A DNA stretch of 64,000 bases from Octopus vulgaris (taxonomy: Eukaryota). The stretch is taken from the NCBI GenBank assembly GCA_951406725.2, contig OX597821.1, positions 15,810,001 to 15,874,000 of the forward strand, written 5' to 3'. A program made the translations under genes and the position numbers. Positions 34,411-48,410 of the stretch are shown here, in pieces. Within the stretch, counting starts at the first letter, position 1, and every line of letters starts with the position of its first letter. The notes beneath the pieces are model-generated. The model had not been told where the DNA came from, searched no databases, and worked only from the letters and a program-made list of their open reading frames with translations.

Positions 34411-35404
34411 TAACCTCAATAATATAAACAGGTCCTGCTCTGAGATCAACAAAGTTTATGCCAAAATACGTAAGGTGATGGTAATGCATCGTATTCATCA
34501 CCTAAAAGCAGATATAAGCCGAATAAACTTTGCGAGAAAACAAAGCGGTCGTGGAGTAAGACGATCTCAACTCATCCAACCTGTCTGCAATTATCAAATT
34601 ACTTGATGTTAAAGATGGGTCTGAAACATGAAGATACTAAAAAAGAAAAATTGAAATCCGTGTCAAAAAATGCGAAAATGTATCTGAGACATATTAGTAG
34701 AGAAACAAGTACATGAAGGTAGTGTGCCACTGATAGGCAAGGCAAAAGAAATAAAACATATTTTGGAGATCTCAGAGCGAATCCATTGCATAACAAATAT
34801 CCAACTAGAATCAAGAAACCTGGTGCAGATCAAGCAATCACTCATCAGTGGCTGTCAAGTTCTTGTCTCAAATCAGAAACAAAAGAGTATATCATCGTTG
34901 TGCAGAACCAATCCCTTCCAACTAGGAATTACCACAGTAATTTCATGAAATATGAAAGCTGCTCATCCTGCCGCATATGTGGAGAGCATCGAAAGAAAAT
35001 CGACCTGGTATCAGCAGAAGACTTACAAATTCATGACAGGGGAAACTCAGTACACACATTGTGAATATGCTGCACAGATAGCATCCATCACGAGAACAAT
35101 AGGTGGGAACACAAACCACCACAATTTGCCCAAAACTTCTGTCTTCAGATTGATCGATGAGTATAGGCAAACCATTCTGATTTCATTGTGAAAAATTATA
35201 ATGTAAAGATTTTGTCTTCTGACTCGTTTTGCAACTACAGCTGACAAATACAAATTTCTGAAAACGTTTGAAAAGGGAGCATGTATAAGGAGGTGGAGGT
35301 TGAAATTGAAAGATTGAGTTTTCTCTAAACAACATTACCTATTATTATATTAAAATTTGGAAAGATATCAAGAGGAGCAAACAAGTGTGTAGATCAAATC
35401 TATA

Positions 35405-35667
35405 AAAATTAAAAACAAATGCGCACTTTTAAAGCCTCGCCAGGCTCATGAACCCGGTTTCCCGGTCTATATAGCGTATGTGTTCCCCAACTGGACGGGA
35501 CGCCAGTCCATCACAGCGTAACTCCTTTTTGCCAGCTGAGTGGACTGGAGCAACATGAAATGAAGTGTTCTGCTTAAGAACACAACGCATCGTCCGGTCC
35601 AGGAATCGAAACCACAATCTTACGATCATGATACTGACACCCTAACCACTAAGCCACGCGCCTCCAC
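35405..35667 (-). mobile_element. Full-length tRNA-derived SINE family C with about 14-bp TSD
   Basis: Minus-strand A box GTGGCTTAGTGG and B box GTTTCGATTCC. TSD agatcaaatctata (35391-35404) and agatcaaattcata (35668-35681). Confidence 0.92.
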
Positions 35668-35857
35668 AGATCAAATTCATAGCAGCACCAAAATAAACGA
35701 ATTACAAAACATCATACTTTTGGGTACTCCACATATTCTACGTAAATTCCTCTCCACGTAAATACAAACTCTGTCGCTCTGTGTTTTTTATTCTCACGCA
35801 GACATCAATTGCAAAAGCTTGTTGTCTCATGATGTCTTTGCTTGCAGTATAAGTGCA

Positions 35858-36007
35858 AATAATAATAATATAATAATAATAATAATGATAATAATAATAA
35901 TAATGACAATAATAATAAAAATAATAACGATAATACTACTAATAATAATAACGATAATAATAATAATGATGATAATAATGATAATAATAATGATAATAAT
36001 AATAGTA

Positions 36008-36085
<78 letters not shown>
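35858..36085. repeat. (AAT/GAT)n microsatellite
   Basis: Directly visible. Confidence 0.95.
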
Positions 36086-36247
36086 GGGACTGCAATAAGG
36101 GTGGGCCACTCACAGAAAACAGAACAGCTTGGGACTGCATGAATACTCCGGAAGGTGCTCGAAAAATAAGGGGTGTCACCTTAGTTCACTAGTAGTGAAC
36201 ATCTGACACCTTAGTACATCTCCAGCGTTAGAAGCAGTTCAAAGGTA
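36085..36247 (+). mobile_element. Very short 5'-truncated R4/Dong copy embedded in (TAA)n
   Basis: Reverse-complement homolog of about 26905-27060 (tgcaataagggtgg, gtgaaca.ctgacac, agtacatctccag.gttagaagc). Confidence 0.85.
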
Positions 36248-36699
36248 ATAATAATAATAATGATAATAATAATAATAATACTAGTAGTAGTAGTAGTAAA
36301 AGAATATAATCGTGCATAAACAAAATTATATAAAATACGCCAAATAAAGGTAAAGCTTCACACACACATACACAGATAGACCGACAAGCACTTGTGAGTG
36401 TCTTGGGGTGGGTTATACTTTGGTATGTGGGATAACTGGTTTCTTTTTCTTTTTTTAAACCGGTAATGTTGCGTTGTATGAAATCCACAGATATCATCGA
36501 TGTCGCTTGAATGAAATAGAATACCTCTGAGAAATTATATTCGATAAGATAAATCAAAAGCTTCGAGATCAATGCCTTAATGCATTCGATATCCCAATGA
36601 CTGGAAATTTTATGTAATAAAGAATATGGTAGCTAATTACATATGTCTATGCAAAAGATAAAGAAACGCTTGTTCACAATAAAAACTGGAAACTGGTAC

Positions 36700-36967
36700 T
36701 TCTTCGATTACGATCTCGAAGGTTCCAGTTTATCTGATAAAGGGAACTGCCTGTCCATGAAATTAACATGCAAGTGGTTGAACACTCCACAGACACTCGT
36801 GCAGTTAACTTACTTCTAAGGAAGACTCAGCGTGACACATTATGTGACAAGCCTGAGTGGATTGGAGCAACGTGAAATGAAGTGTCTTGTTGAAGGACAC
36901 AACGAGTCGCCTGGTGTCGAACTCACGATCATTAGACGATTACTGTAACCACTAAGCCACGCCCCTT
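36700..36967 (-). mobile_element. SINE family C variant (same head, different 3' body)
   Basis: ctgagtgga.tggagcaacgtgaaatgaagtgt..taaccactaagccacgc is shared with about 35536-35660. The segment 36700-36850 differs. Confidence 0.75.
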
Positions 36968-39644
36968 TACGGTTCACAACAGTATAATCATTTAACCGAA
37001 ACAAAAAGTTATGCACATAAATAATTAAAACATGTTGCAATGCAAAGGAAGGTGGTTGTTTCGAAACTACGACTACGAAAACATTCCCACACGGTTTGAA
37101 GAAATAATGCACGTTAACCTATATAATGGTAGAGACGATAACTGCTAACGACGAATTAGAAACATTTTGTATATTGATTTAATATAATAGCTGTTTATAA
37201 GACTTCTTTGACAATAATAGAAATTGAAAAGTCATCTCCCCAAAGCATTACAGTATTTGATTTGAGACTTGTACTAATCAACTTCGAAAATTGGAAAAAA
37301 AGTTTTCGCATTGATAATATTCAGGGGTATTATTGGTGTTTGTCATGTAACATACTTCACAGTGTCATGACGTCTGTCTTCACCAGCCTCTTCAGTTTAT
37401 TTGCGCAACCTCGTAGATGACTTCTTATAAGGAAGTGAACAACATCCAGCAAAGAACAAATAAAATAATATTTCTCATTGATATTATGTCGGTATTCTAT
37501 AAACCTCTGGCCAAAATATTGTTTGAAAGAATGTGGAAAAAATTTCCCAATGAATCTTTGTTGTTGTGGAGCCAGATTTGTATATCGTGTTCTGTGGATC
37601 AATACTACTGATATCTATTAACAAAATGGTATCGGATTATGTAAAACTACGCAAATCGAATTATATTCCTAAATCGATTACGCCCGCTATTGAGTTCGTT
37701 TAATGTAACAATGTCATCGAAATAACGAATGTACAGAACATTAATCATAATATTTTCAACAGAATAAAGCAATAGCAAGGAGCCAGACAGTCCTTCTGGA
37801 TTTTAACAGTGGTGTGTGGTAAGCTCTAGCGTCACTAAGAATAACTACTTAAATTACAGACCGTAAGGTGATATGTGCCTCTGTCCTTCAAGTGATTCTA
37901 AGCTTACTAATGTTTAGTTGACTGTTCAAACAACATGATTAAGAATTAAATATAAAGATTAGATACCCTGAATTATCTACCAGCTCTCTTGGATAGCAGA
38001 CGGTCTTAATGCAAGGCATCTTTTAAAAATATCATCATATTCTGCACAATAATTTTCACATTTTATGAATTATCATTATTGACAAAATATTATCTTCGCA
38101 TTCAAGAACTCAACTCAAAATAGGTTCTACTACGTGCCCTTCTTGCATCTTCAATATCTCCACATCAACACAATTTCCCCAAACCTTCAGTAACATTTAA
38201 TATGGACTCCAGGAATGAGGGAATATATAAGTGGCGAAGTTCTAGACAGTAATCTAACTTGCTATAAATAAGAAATAAATGTCTCGAAAATCCGAATACC
38301 ATTTAAAAATGCAAGCTTACGTTAGGTAATGTAGTCTTAGATACATAAATATACCGTCTGTTTGACTCTGAAGCACTTCTGATAATAAGGATTATAAATA
38401 AGGATTGACCTAGGACTAAATAACAACGATAAATATGCCTTTACATCAAGAATATTTCTGCGATTATTGTCGGCAGTTAAAAAAATCAATTGTTGCTCTT
38501 GTGTAGAAGGAAAAGAGCAGCAACGTCAAGTAATTTTTCTAAATCCATGGAGACTGGTGAGGAAAATGGGTAAAGCAATCTGGCGTCATAGTTATTCTCG
38601 CATCTGAATCTCAGTCCAAATGTTTGAAAGAGGGAGTCAAACCACGTGGTAGTTGTAAGCCTGGTGGCAGAAGGGATTTGATTTAGTGGAACAGATCCAT
38701 ACGTCATAATATAGAAGATAACACGACACTTCTCACTAAACACACCTTAGCATTTATTTACACTGGTAAGAACACTTACGTCATCCATAATAGCCATGAA
38801 TCATGTGGGCAATACGCCATTTTCTTTTAGATAGTACGCCATCATTTATGTGGACATTATTCAATAAATACTAAAATAAATATCTAAAGAACAGCTGTTC
38901 TGTTTGCAGCTGACCAGCCAGTTTCAGATCCTGAGAGAAAGAGGTGATTGTTCTATTAACCTCCTGCTATCTTAGAGATGACAATTCAGATAGACACTAT
39001 TATATTAACAGGATATGAATAATCACATACCATCACACGTATTTTATGTCATAACACTTATAATCGTGTTACCGATATTATTTTCTAATGTTATTGTATA
39101 TAACAATTATCTTCCTGTTATAAGCTATAATGAGAATATAGTATACGAATTCATTTTGCTGCCCGATTTTAAGAAGAAACGTTAAATAACAGTTCTAACA
39201 ATACTGTTGAATTAGAAACACTAAGGCGATTAATAAATGCTTCTTGCCCATTTGCAAAGTATTACAATTTTAATGATATATTAATGCGTATGACAGAAAT
39301 TGAAAAACTACCAGAAACGCGGACCGCGTAAACGTCTTGAATATACTAATAATAAAGTAAGTACAGTTTGAGCATTTTCAAAACATATTTGATTATGTTC
39401 GGCGTTTTTATTGATTTTACATGGGATGAGCCTAATTAATTTTAAAATAAGAAAAACTAAAACCTTCGGCAATTTCTCAACGATTATTGAAAATTATATT
39501 GGCACGATTCGAGTTGGATACTTGTTGGATAAATTATTTAGAATTAACTCCAGGGTAAAATAATAAACGAGTTGCAGTGTTTACTTACGTTAATATAGCG
39601 CACAGAAACTAGGAATTAATATTTTAACATACATATTCTGATAT

Positions 39645-40041
39645 TCTGTCATTGACTTGTGGCCATCTTTGGACACTGTCTTAAAGAGTGTCGTCAATAA
39701 AATTGAAATAGTAATTAACTTTATGTTTGGTATTTATTCCGTCGGAAATGCGACGTTACAGTACGTCAAGCGGTGGGATACAAACACAAGCACGCACGCA
39801 CAAGCACACACATAGACATACACGCTAGCGCACACAGCTACACACACTCGAGGGCACGCACACACACACACGAATGCGTGCAGACGCGGGAATTTGCACA
39901 GTTTCCCCCCCGAATTATTAGAAAATGCATTGATCAGCCCTAGTATATAATAGAAGATATGTTTCCATATGACTTTATTGAGAGAAATAGCCAGTAAAAA
40001 TTTGCTTACGAATCAAACCACCTAACCATACAGCCATGCTT
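39645..40041 (-). mobile_element. Old degenerate SINE family A with internal (CA)-rich tract
   Basis: gtcattgacttgtggccat..cagtttcc..ataatagaagat..taaccatacagccatgc. Confidence 0.55.
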
Positions 40042-40271
40042 GAGATTCTATGCAGTAAATGTAAAACTTCGAATTATGAAGAAAATGTATAAATACTGTT
40101 TAAAAGCCGCCATAGAATTTCAGTTCTAAAGCTGAATCAGTATACAATAAGACTGCAGCATTAGTTATCTTCAAGGAAAGTATCTCTCAATTCACGGTGT
40201 CATCGATAACTACTATACATTTCAAGAAGACAGACTGTTAGGTCATTCTTCAATGTTAAAGGAGAGATTAA

Positions 40272-40440
40272 TTGGAGGCGGGTATTCATAACCGTTAGCG
40301 TATCGGACAAAATGCATTGCAACAATACGTCCAAGCCTTTACGTTCTGACTTTTCCTTTCATCCTCTCCATAAAATAGAGTACCAGTCAATTACTGGTGT
40401 CAGTGTAATCGACCTGGCCTTCTCCCCTCGCATTGCTGAC
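40272..40440 (+). mobile_element. Degenerate SINE family B
   Basis: cgttagcg..ttacgttctgacttt.cctttcatcct..gtaccagt..actggtgtc..gtaatcgac. Confidence 0.6.
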
Positions 40441-40780
40441 CTCCAATCAAAATCCAAATGGTCGTATAATTATGACAGAACTGTCACAGAATTGCTACAG
40501 AATTCTTATAAAAGTGTTACAAAGCTGGAAATATTGCTTTACAGTATTTGCTTCTATTTCAAATCCAGTCAAGGTAAAATTTTGCCTTTCGTCATCATGG
40601 GGTAGGGATGGAATCGACCAGTTACTTACTCTCAAAATTTTCAGCTTTGGCTTTAAACCAGAAATAACACAGTGTAGCAAAACTGATATTTCCTATTTAC
40701 TTACCCCTAGAAAATTTAACAACTGTTTAATATATCCTTCAAACTTTGATTTTGTTTTCATTTATTTAAATCCTTCTCAA

Positions 40781-40920
40781 CACATGGCTATGATGCTCCC
40801 TCATGTTCCTGCTCATGATCAGAGAGGCACATTGTTGTCAGCCACTAAGGGACATGCTCGTGTGGTTAAGGCCAAGCAACAGGCAAACAAATCAGTGGCA
40901 TCGAGCAGATTATTTACAAC
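40781..40920 (-). mobile_element. Fragment of repeat family D
   Basis: tggctatgatgct..tgatcagaga.gcac..ttgtcagc..aaggga matches about 26612-26750. Confidence 0.7.
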
Positions 40921-43900
40921 GATATTTCTCTTTCAGTGACTAATCACTGAATCTGTCAGAAACGTAATGGAAAACTAGGTCAGTTCCAAACCTTTGATAC
41001 CCAGGTCACACAAGCAAAGATTGAAGGGCATAGTAATAATTTCCTTTGATTTCTAGATAGAAGCAAACAGAAAATAACATTTAATGACCAAAGACAAAAA
41101 GAAGAAATCATTTATCAAACAGAGATATTTATTGTGATATTTGAAGTATATGAATAATAAAGGAAAATTTCAGAAAGAAGTCCTATAACTGATATTACGT
41201 TATTATATGCTCTCACAAACTATATTTTAAATGTTAATGTTTGTGATCGTTTTCCATGATGAATCTAAGTCGTTGTGATAGATGTAAACACTGATGATGT
41301 ACCAAAGGAAATAAGTGATAAATAAATATATTAACTAATAAAATTTAATACATTATTACTGATGATAATATCATCATTAACAATACGGTAGACGACTGTA
41401 ACTAGAGAAATTGCACATCAAATCAGACAGACAGGAAACTTTACATGAAATGGATTGACATAAAAACTATTTCATATTTCTCAGTAAAGAAGAGGAAAGA
41501 TGTCGAGCATAGCAAACTATTGGGAACCTAACATGAATGCACACTTATCTATGATTAAATTGGTTGGAAAACACTTGTGCCATATCTCAGTCGTGTTACC
41601 AGGTCTAGGGTTACATGTTCAGATTTTTCCCATTTTTCTGTAATATCAGTATGGGTACTACTACTACTACTACGACGACGACGACGACGACTACTACTAC
41701 TACATTCTCTGAGAGTCGATAATATTAGTAACAGTCGAAGACTAGGGTCAACGAAATGGGCTTGCCGGCAGCCCCAACTAAGAAATGAAAAATTCGGATC
41801 TTATGATTTTTATTTAGCTGGTTGCTGGTTGATCGTTAGCGCACAAGACAAAATGCTTAGTGGCATTTCTTTCCGATTTAGAAAGAATTATTATTATTAT
41901 TGTTGCTGATTTCACTGTTGGCGTTGCTGTTATTTAATTAGACCTACTGCTGCTGCTGCTAGTACTGTGATTAGCTAAACTGATTATACTATATCATGGT
42001 ATCATGGAGTTGTGGTTTGCATCAATAGTATTTATAACCTATACGATATGATTCGGAGAACAGTGTTGATGATAATGTTTCTAATGCCAGTAATAATGGT
42101 CTGTTCATTATACAATGATCAAATTGATTTTTGCCAGTAAACATAGTGTCAGTAACGATCAATATTTGCGATTTTTTATCACTATTCTCATAACTGATAA
42201 AACATTTAAATTGCTATATCTAAATTATTATGTAATGAGCTTTAGTTATGCTATTGAATTTAGCATATTCCCAGTTTCTCTTCATTGTTTGTGATAGTTG
42301 GTCTCATAGGATTAGTGGTCAAATGATTATGTTGTCATAAATCTGTTATAAAACTCAGTATCAGTGCCAAAATATTTATAATGATAATTAATGTAAATAT
42401 TATCCAATGTTCTCATTACTATCATGAGAATTCAGTCTTTGCCTAATGAAGATATGAGACATCTTACTGCAGAGGTGGAGATTGTGATATAGATTTTACT
42501 CGGTTTAGTGGCCTGCTGTTGGCGGTAACTGTGACAGGGTTAACCGCTTTCAGTAGATTCACATATATATATTTATTGAAGAAGAAATTATCATGCTAAT
42601 TTTACGATTACTCTATTGAACGTTATTACAGAGATCGGATTAATAACTTAAACTGCACTAAAATTCCTCATACGATCAAATCTTTCATTGCATCCCTGAA
42701 CTTTCCCACCTTCCCTTCATTAATGCCATTAATATCAGTTACATAGAATACTAAAGGTTATCGCTGAAGCATATTTGATGATCCGTTAAACAGAGATCAT
42801 TAATTATGTACCTTTATTGAGGTGAAGAAGTATAGGTCTTCTACTATTATAGACGCCATGATGGAAGCGGAAGATACATATAGCGGATAATAGAGGGCAA
42901 TGATCGTTCGGTAATAAATTAAATAAAACTATTCCATCATGTGGTGTCACCACCAAACTCTCCCACTAAAAATAAGCACCAAACAGTTAGTAGTGAAACG
43001 GTGCCCTACGGCAGGAACTAGTGACCTAATTCCCCTAAGTCTTTAATAAAGAAGATATAAATATTAAACAATGTAGTCGTAAAATATCAAATATATGAAA
43101 TCGTCACGGCTAGAAAGCCTTTGGTTATAATTATTTTCAAAGAGAGTAGGTATGGTATTATGCAATAAAAACGGTAATTTGCGGACGAATAAATTGGTTC
43201 CTCAAATCTAACTTGCTATTTCGATGAATTGTCAAATAACAAATGGGTTTCTTTATTTTATATGTGGATAATAGCATACAAGTTAAGTGACTACCATTGT
43301 CTATTTCCTCGGAGACATAGAAAGCTAATATAAAACAACTATCGTAGTAATAGGATCTTGGAAATGGTTACATGCTATTCGCTGAGCCATTCGACGAAGT
43401 AGTGTACGTTTCACTATGGACACCAACTGGAAGAAGTCTACAAAAATTCAAAACTGAACACGTGAAATTTTTAAGTCACATCATATTATTCAACAATGAC
43501 TTTCAAAACTCTGCGAGGAATAGTTTGTAAAGTCTGTGTGCCACAATATTAAATAGCTTTAATTATAAATTCGTTTTCAACTAATTCTTTACAGGTGTGT
43601 GGGCAAATGTCACGTACGCAGCTCAGTAGTCGTTAAGGCATTATTTGTTCCTAATTTGTGATTTTCTTAATTGATTGAATGTTCTATATTGAATGGTCTA
43701 TATCTCAGAAACTACTAGATTATTGAAAACCGCGTATTTATTATCAATTTTGAAGTAAAATGTTACTAATTTTTAGAAAACCAACGTTTGTACGAACTAG
43801 TTGAATATTACAAATGAAGTTTGACACTAACCGGCGTAGTATCGTCGGTGTAACCTACTAAAATATCAATAACACATAAAACAAATTGCATGACAATATA

Positions 43901-44720
43901 TTCTGACACACACGTGATCATATCATCACACCTTCTTTCATATAACAAGAAACGAGGCCTCTATATTGCTGGATGACATCCAAGATATAGCAAGTTTATC
44001 TCCATCAACTAACATCACACGCCATTAAAAATCGAACGGTGTTATGCATAATGTAAACCGAGATATAGTCTGTTTCGAAAAATAGAACGGTTTGTCATAA
44101 CTGGAATAACTTTCTTCAAGGACACGTTCAATCAAAAGTTATTTGGTCCTGAAGAACATCAAAAATAATTAGAACATGTAGAGAAAAAAAGTGATTTGTT
44201 TTCATTATTGAGATAAATATGTCAATATTGAGCTAAATATGACACCGGATAATATGAAATACATAGAAAAATAAAACATAAAATATGGTGCATGTTGACT
44301 ATAGATTTGCTGCAGTATTTTTTCTACTATTTAGTTTCATGAATGGAGTATGATTCAGAGAAAGTAGATCTGTTTATGCCGATATATACTTGTCAAAATC
44401 TATTTCGTTGTATTGCGTTATAATATATTTAGGGTTCTCAATTTGAAGTAAAGGAAACACGTACGTTAAATGCTACTATATTTTATAATGTATTTATACA
44501 ATATTGCAGGAAAAATGTAAATTACAACATTGTCGTTATCTTGGGAGTATCGTCCACTAAATATATACTTATATCTTTTGTTGAAATTATTTAAGTAGAC
44601 TTTAGAGCAACACTGATTTTTCGTAACATGCTCCACATAAATAATATATTTTTTACTAATGTCACATAAATATTGATTTGGAATACGTTGCATCACTAAC
44701 TCTGAGGGATTTAATGACAA

Positions 44721-45182
<462 letters not shown>

Positions 45183-45999
45183 AATATGTAAACCTTTTGG
45201 CAAGAAAGTAAACACAATATTACTAGTGAAAAACATATATAGAAGTGCTGAGAAATTCAATAAGACAGAATCTTTTTAAGTCAGTATTGTGTAATTGGAA
45301 ACATATCTAGATCTAAAAAAACCCACTGATAAGAGAAAATATGCATACAAAATATCAGGAATCATGTTGATGACATAACTTTCAGTGAAAACGAATTTGT
45401 AAGGGAACCTTATTTTTCTGGTGTAGGTATCATTGCAATATGCAGCTACACAGTATCACCCTTAAATATTTTACAAACATTTTACATAGTTTCTATAATT
45501 GGTTGGTAAAATTTAATTGATTTTCGTACAGGAACTTAAGGAATGAGACTCAGTTCATGCTATCCCCTATCTATCTATATCTATCTATATCTATCTATAT
45601 ATATATATACCCCTCTTTCTCCCTCCCTTCTTTTCTCCCCACTCTCTCCTACTCTCTCCCTCTCTCTTTCTATTTAGATATGTATATATATTATATGTAC
45701 ACATACATATATATCAGTCTCTGTGTCTGTATATGTAAACCAGTATAGATATACAAATACATTTCTAATAATGACCTAAACACACATATACATATAGACA
45801 CGTATACCTACAAATTTATATATACGCAATATATATATATTGCATAAATACATCATAAAATATATACATATATATACATACATATATGTGCGTGTATATG
45901 CATGTATACATATATATGCTCATATATGCGTGTATATGCATATATATATATATACATATATGTGCGTGTATATGCATGTATATACATGTATATATATAT

Positions 46000-46052
<53 letters not shown>

Positions 46053-46073
46053 CAATATATACATCTATATATA

Positions 46074-46851
46074 CGCGGGTTGGACAAAATAATGGAAACA
46101 CCTTTGGCAGTAATTACAGCTTAAATTCTAATAGTTATGGAATCGTACAAAGGTTGAAATTTGAATTGTTTCCAAAGGGATGTTTGCCAAGTATTCAGCT
46201 AAACAGTTTTCATGTTCTTGTAGTGATGATGAAAGAGGATATCAACTACTTATTTGTTTTTCTAAAATGCACCATAAAGCTTCAATAATATTGAGATCTG
46301 GGACTGTGGTGGCCAGGTAAGATGCCCAACTTCAATAGAATGTTCATCGTGCCATTCAGTAACAGCGTTAACTGTGTGAATCGGTGCATTATCATCGTGA
46401 AAGATTGCGTTTCCCTCCGGAAACTGTTCCAGAACCATAGGATGAATTTGGTCAGATAAAATGCTTAAATAGACTTGACTATTTATTTTGCCATGAAGGG
46501 AAATCATTAGGCCGGCGCATCTTGAAGATATAACCCCGCCCCCGATCATCACAGATCCTCCCTCATGTTTAACAGTTGGAAGAAGGCAATCTGGGTCATA
46601 TGCTTCTTTTGGCTGTCTACACAAGTATACTCGACCGGTGGTCGAGAAAATAACATTCTTCCACTGTTTTAGGGAACAATTGTTTTTCAAAGTAGTGGTT
46701 TTCAGATTGCAGCCCTCCCGTGAAATCTGTTTTTGTGCAGCTCCCGGCGAAAATTTTTTTGTGGAAACTGGCTTCTAGAGGTGGTCCTTATACTCTGTAG
46801 TAATTTTGTTAGCTGTACTTTTGTGATCCTTTCTAACAATTCGCGTAAGAG
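46074..46851 (-). pseudogene. 5'-truncated Tc1-family transposon (3' TIR plus catalytic domain)
   Basis: Terminus TA|CGCGGGTTGGACAAAATAATGGAAACACC. Translation WKNVIFS, LPTVKHEGGSVMI, IFHDDNAPIHT, WPPQS(P)DLNIIEALW, the last after a 1-bp frameshift. Confidence 0.9.
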
Positions 46852-47180
46852 GGGTGGTAGGGGAGGGGAAACGGGTGATGGGTGAAGGTGGGCGTTTGCG
46901 GGGGAGGCATCAGATGCACAGCCCAGATGCAAGGGCGGTGTGGGTAATGATGAGCTGTGGATAATATCCGCGTAGGATGAAGTGGTGAGTCATGAGTTGA
47001 GACTGAGTCTCAAAGTCATGGTTGTCACTGCAGAGCCTGCGCAGGCGGAATAATTGGGAATAGGGGATGGAGATCTTGATGTGTTTAGGGCCAGAGGAGA
47101 ATTTGAAATATGAGTGTGTGTCTGTGTGTTTGTAGTGCATGGAGATGGTGAAAGTGGAGTGATAAATGCTGACCGAAATC
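46852..47180 (-). pseudogene. Penelope-like element RT C-terminal (thumb/linker) fragment
   Basis: HYKHTDTHSYFKFSSGPKHIKISIPYSQLFRLRRLCS matches the PLE YxKPTDxxxYLxFxSxHPxHxKxSIPYSQxLRLRRICS motif. Confidence 0.8.
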
Positions 47181-47424
47181 TAGCAGATGTATGTTATATC
47201 CATATATGTCCTGTAACGTATTGGATCAATAAGTAAGTGTGATAAATGCTCGAAAATGGTGGGAGTCCATTGGGCTAATTTAGTAAGAGTATAAGAGATT
47301 AAATGACAGTATGAACATTTAACAATATTAATTTACGAATACTCAAAGACTAAATCATAGACATACAATTTGGTTGAACATTTTGGAACAGGGCCAGCAT
47401 CAATTTCGAAATGAGGGGAAACCG

Positions 47425-47562
47425 ACAGCATCGAATCCATGTTGCAACTGGTACTTATTTCATCGCCCGAAACGATAGAAAGCAAAGTCGACGTCGGTGG
47501 AATTTGAACTCAGAACAGACGAAATGATGCTAAGCATTTTACCAGGCGTGCTAACGATTCTA
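47425..47562 (-). mobile_element. SINE family B fragment
   Basis: aactggtacttattt..gcaaagtcgac..ggaatttgaactcagaac..ggcgtgctaacgattct. Confidence 0.8.
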
Positions 47563-48259
47563 ACAGATATATTAATTATGATATTTAATATATTGAAGCA
47601 GGGTACTTGTTTCCTGAAGCATTTGAACAATATTTGAAATTGTCTTTTTATTATTGTTTTTGGCTATTATATGAAAGATAAATTTATATGGCAGGTTTAA
47701 TCGATCGCAAAACACAACTGTTCTCTGCCTTTAGCTTATACTGTACAGGAGAAATTTCCTAAATATAATTGAATTAATTGAGAAGTATTAGTCACTACAA
47801 AATCTGAAAGAAATATATAGTTTTAATAGAAATGAACAAAATCATGATAACGTTTGTTAAAATCATCATCATCAACTATGACAAAAGGAATACAACAACA
47901 ATAACACCGGTAGCTATTTCCACAATAACGACAGTCAAGAACAATGGACGATATAACTAATCAGAAAGAGGATTTGGGATATAAACAGAATAGAGAAAAA
48001 TATATACAGCAGGGAGAGGGTAATATAATCGATGGAAGAAATAAGGAAATGCAAAAGAGATTTTTGTAAAACTTGAGATTAAATATGAAAGAACAGTGAA
48101 AAGTTAAGTCTGTTTACGAATGTTGTCAGAAACAGCTATATTAATGCTAAAAACAACACCAAAATAAAAATAAAAACAAAAACCAACTATAACAACAAAA
48201 ATAATACCTCCAACAAAAGCAAAACAGGAATAATAATAAAGATCAAGCAATTCTTTCTA

Positions 48260-48410
48260 CTATAGGCACATAGCCTGAAATTTCAAAAGACGAAGCTAAT
48301 CGACGATATCGATCCCAATACTCATTGGTGTTTATTTTATCGATTCCGAAAGGTTGAAATGCAAAGTCGATCTTGACGGAATTTGATCTTAGATCGTAAA
48401 GATGGTCGAA
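48260..48410 (-). mobile_element. Degenerate SINE family B
   Basis: ttttatcgattccgaaagg.tgaaa.gcaaagtcga...cggaatttga. Confidence 0.65.

Noticed and set aside
38486-38743. 85-aa ORF with faint LINE endonuclease-like words (LNQI..TR)
   Set aside because: The similarity is too weak to call.
41288-41320. CTGATGA...GAAA hammerhead candidate
   Set aside because: No convincing stem II or stem I pairing.
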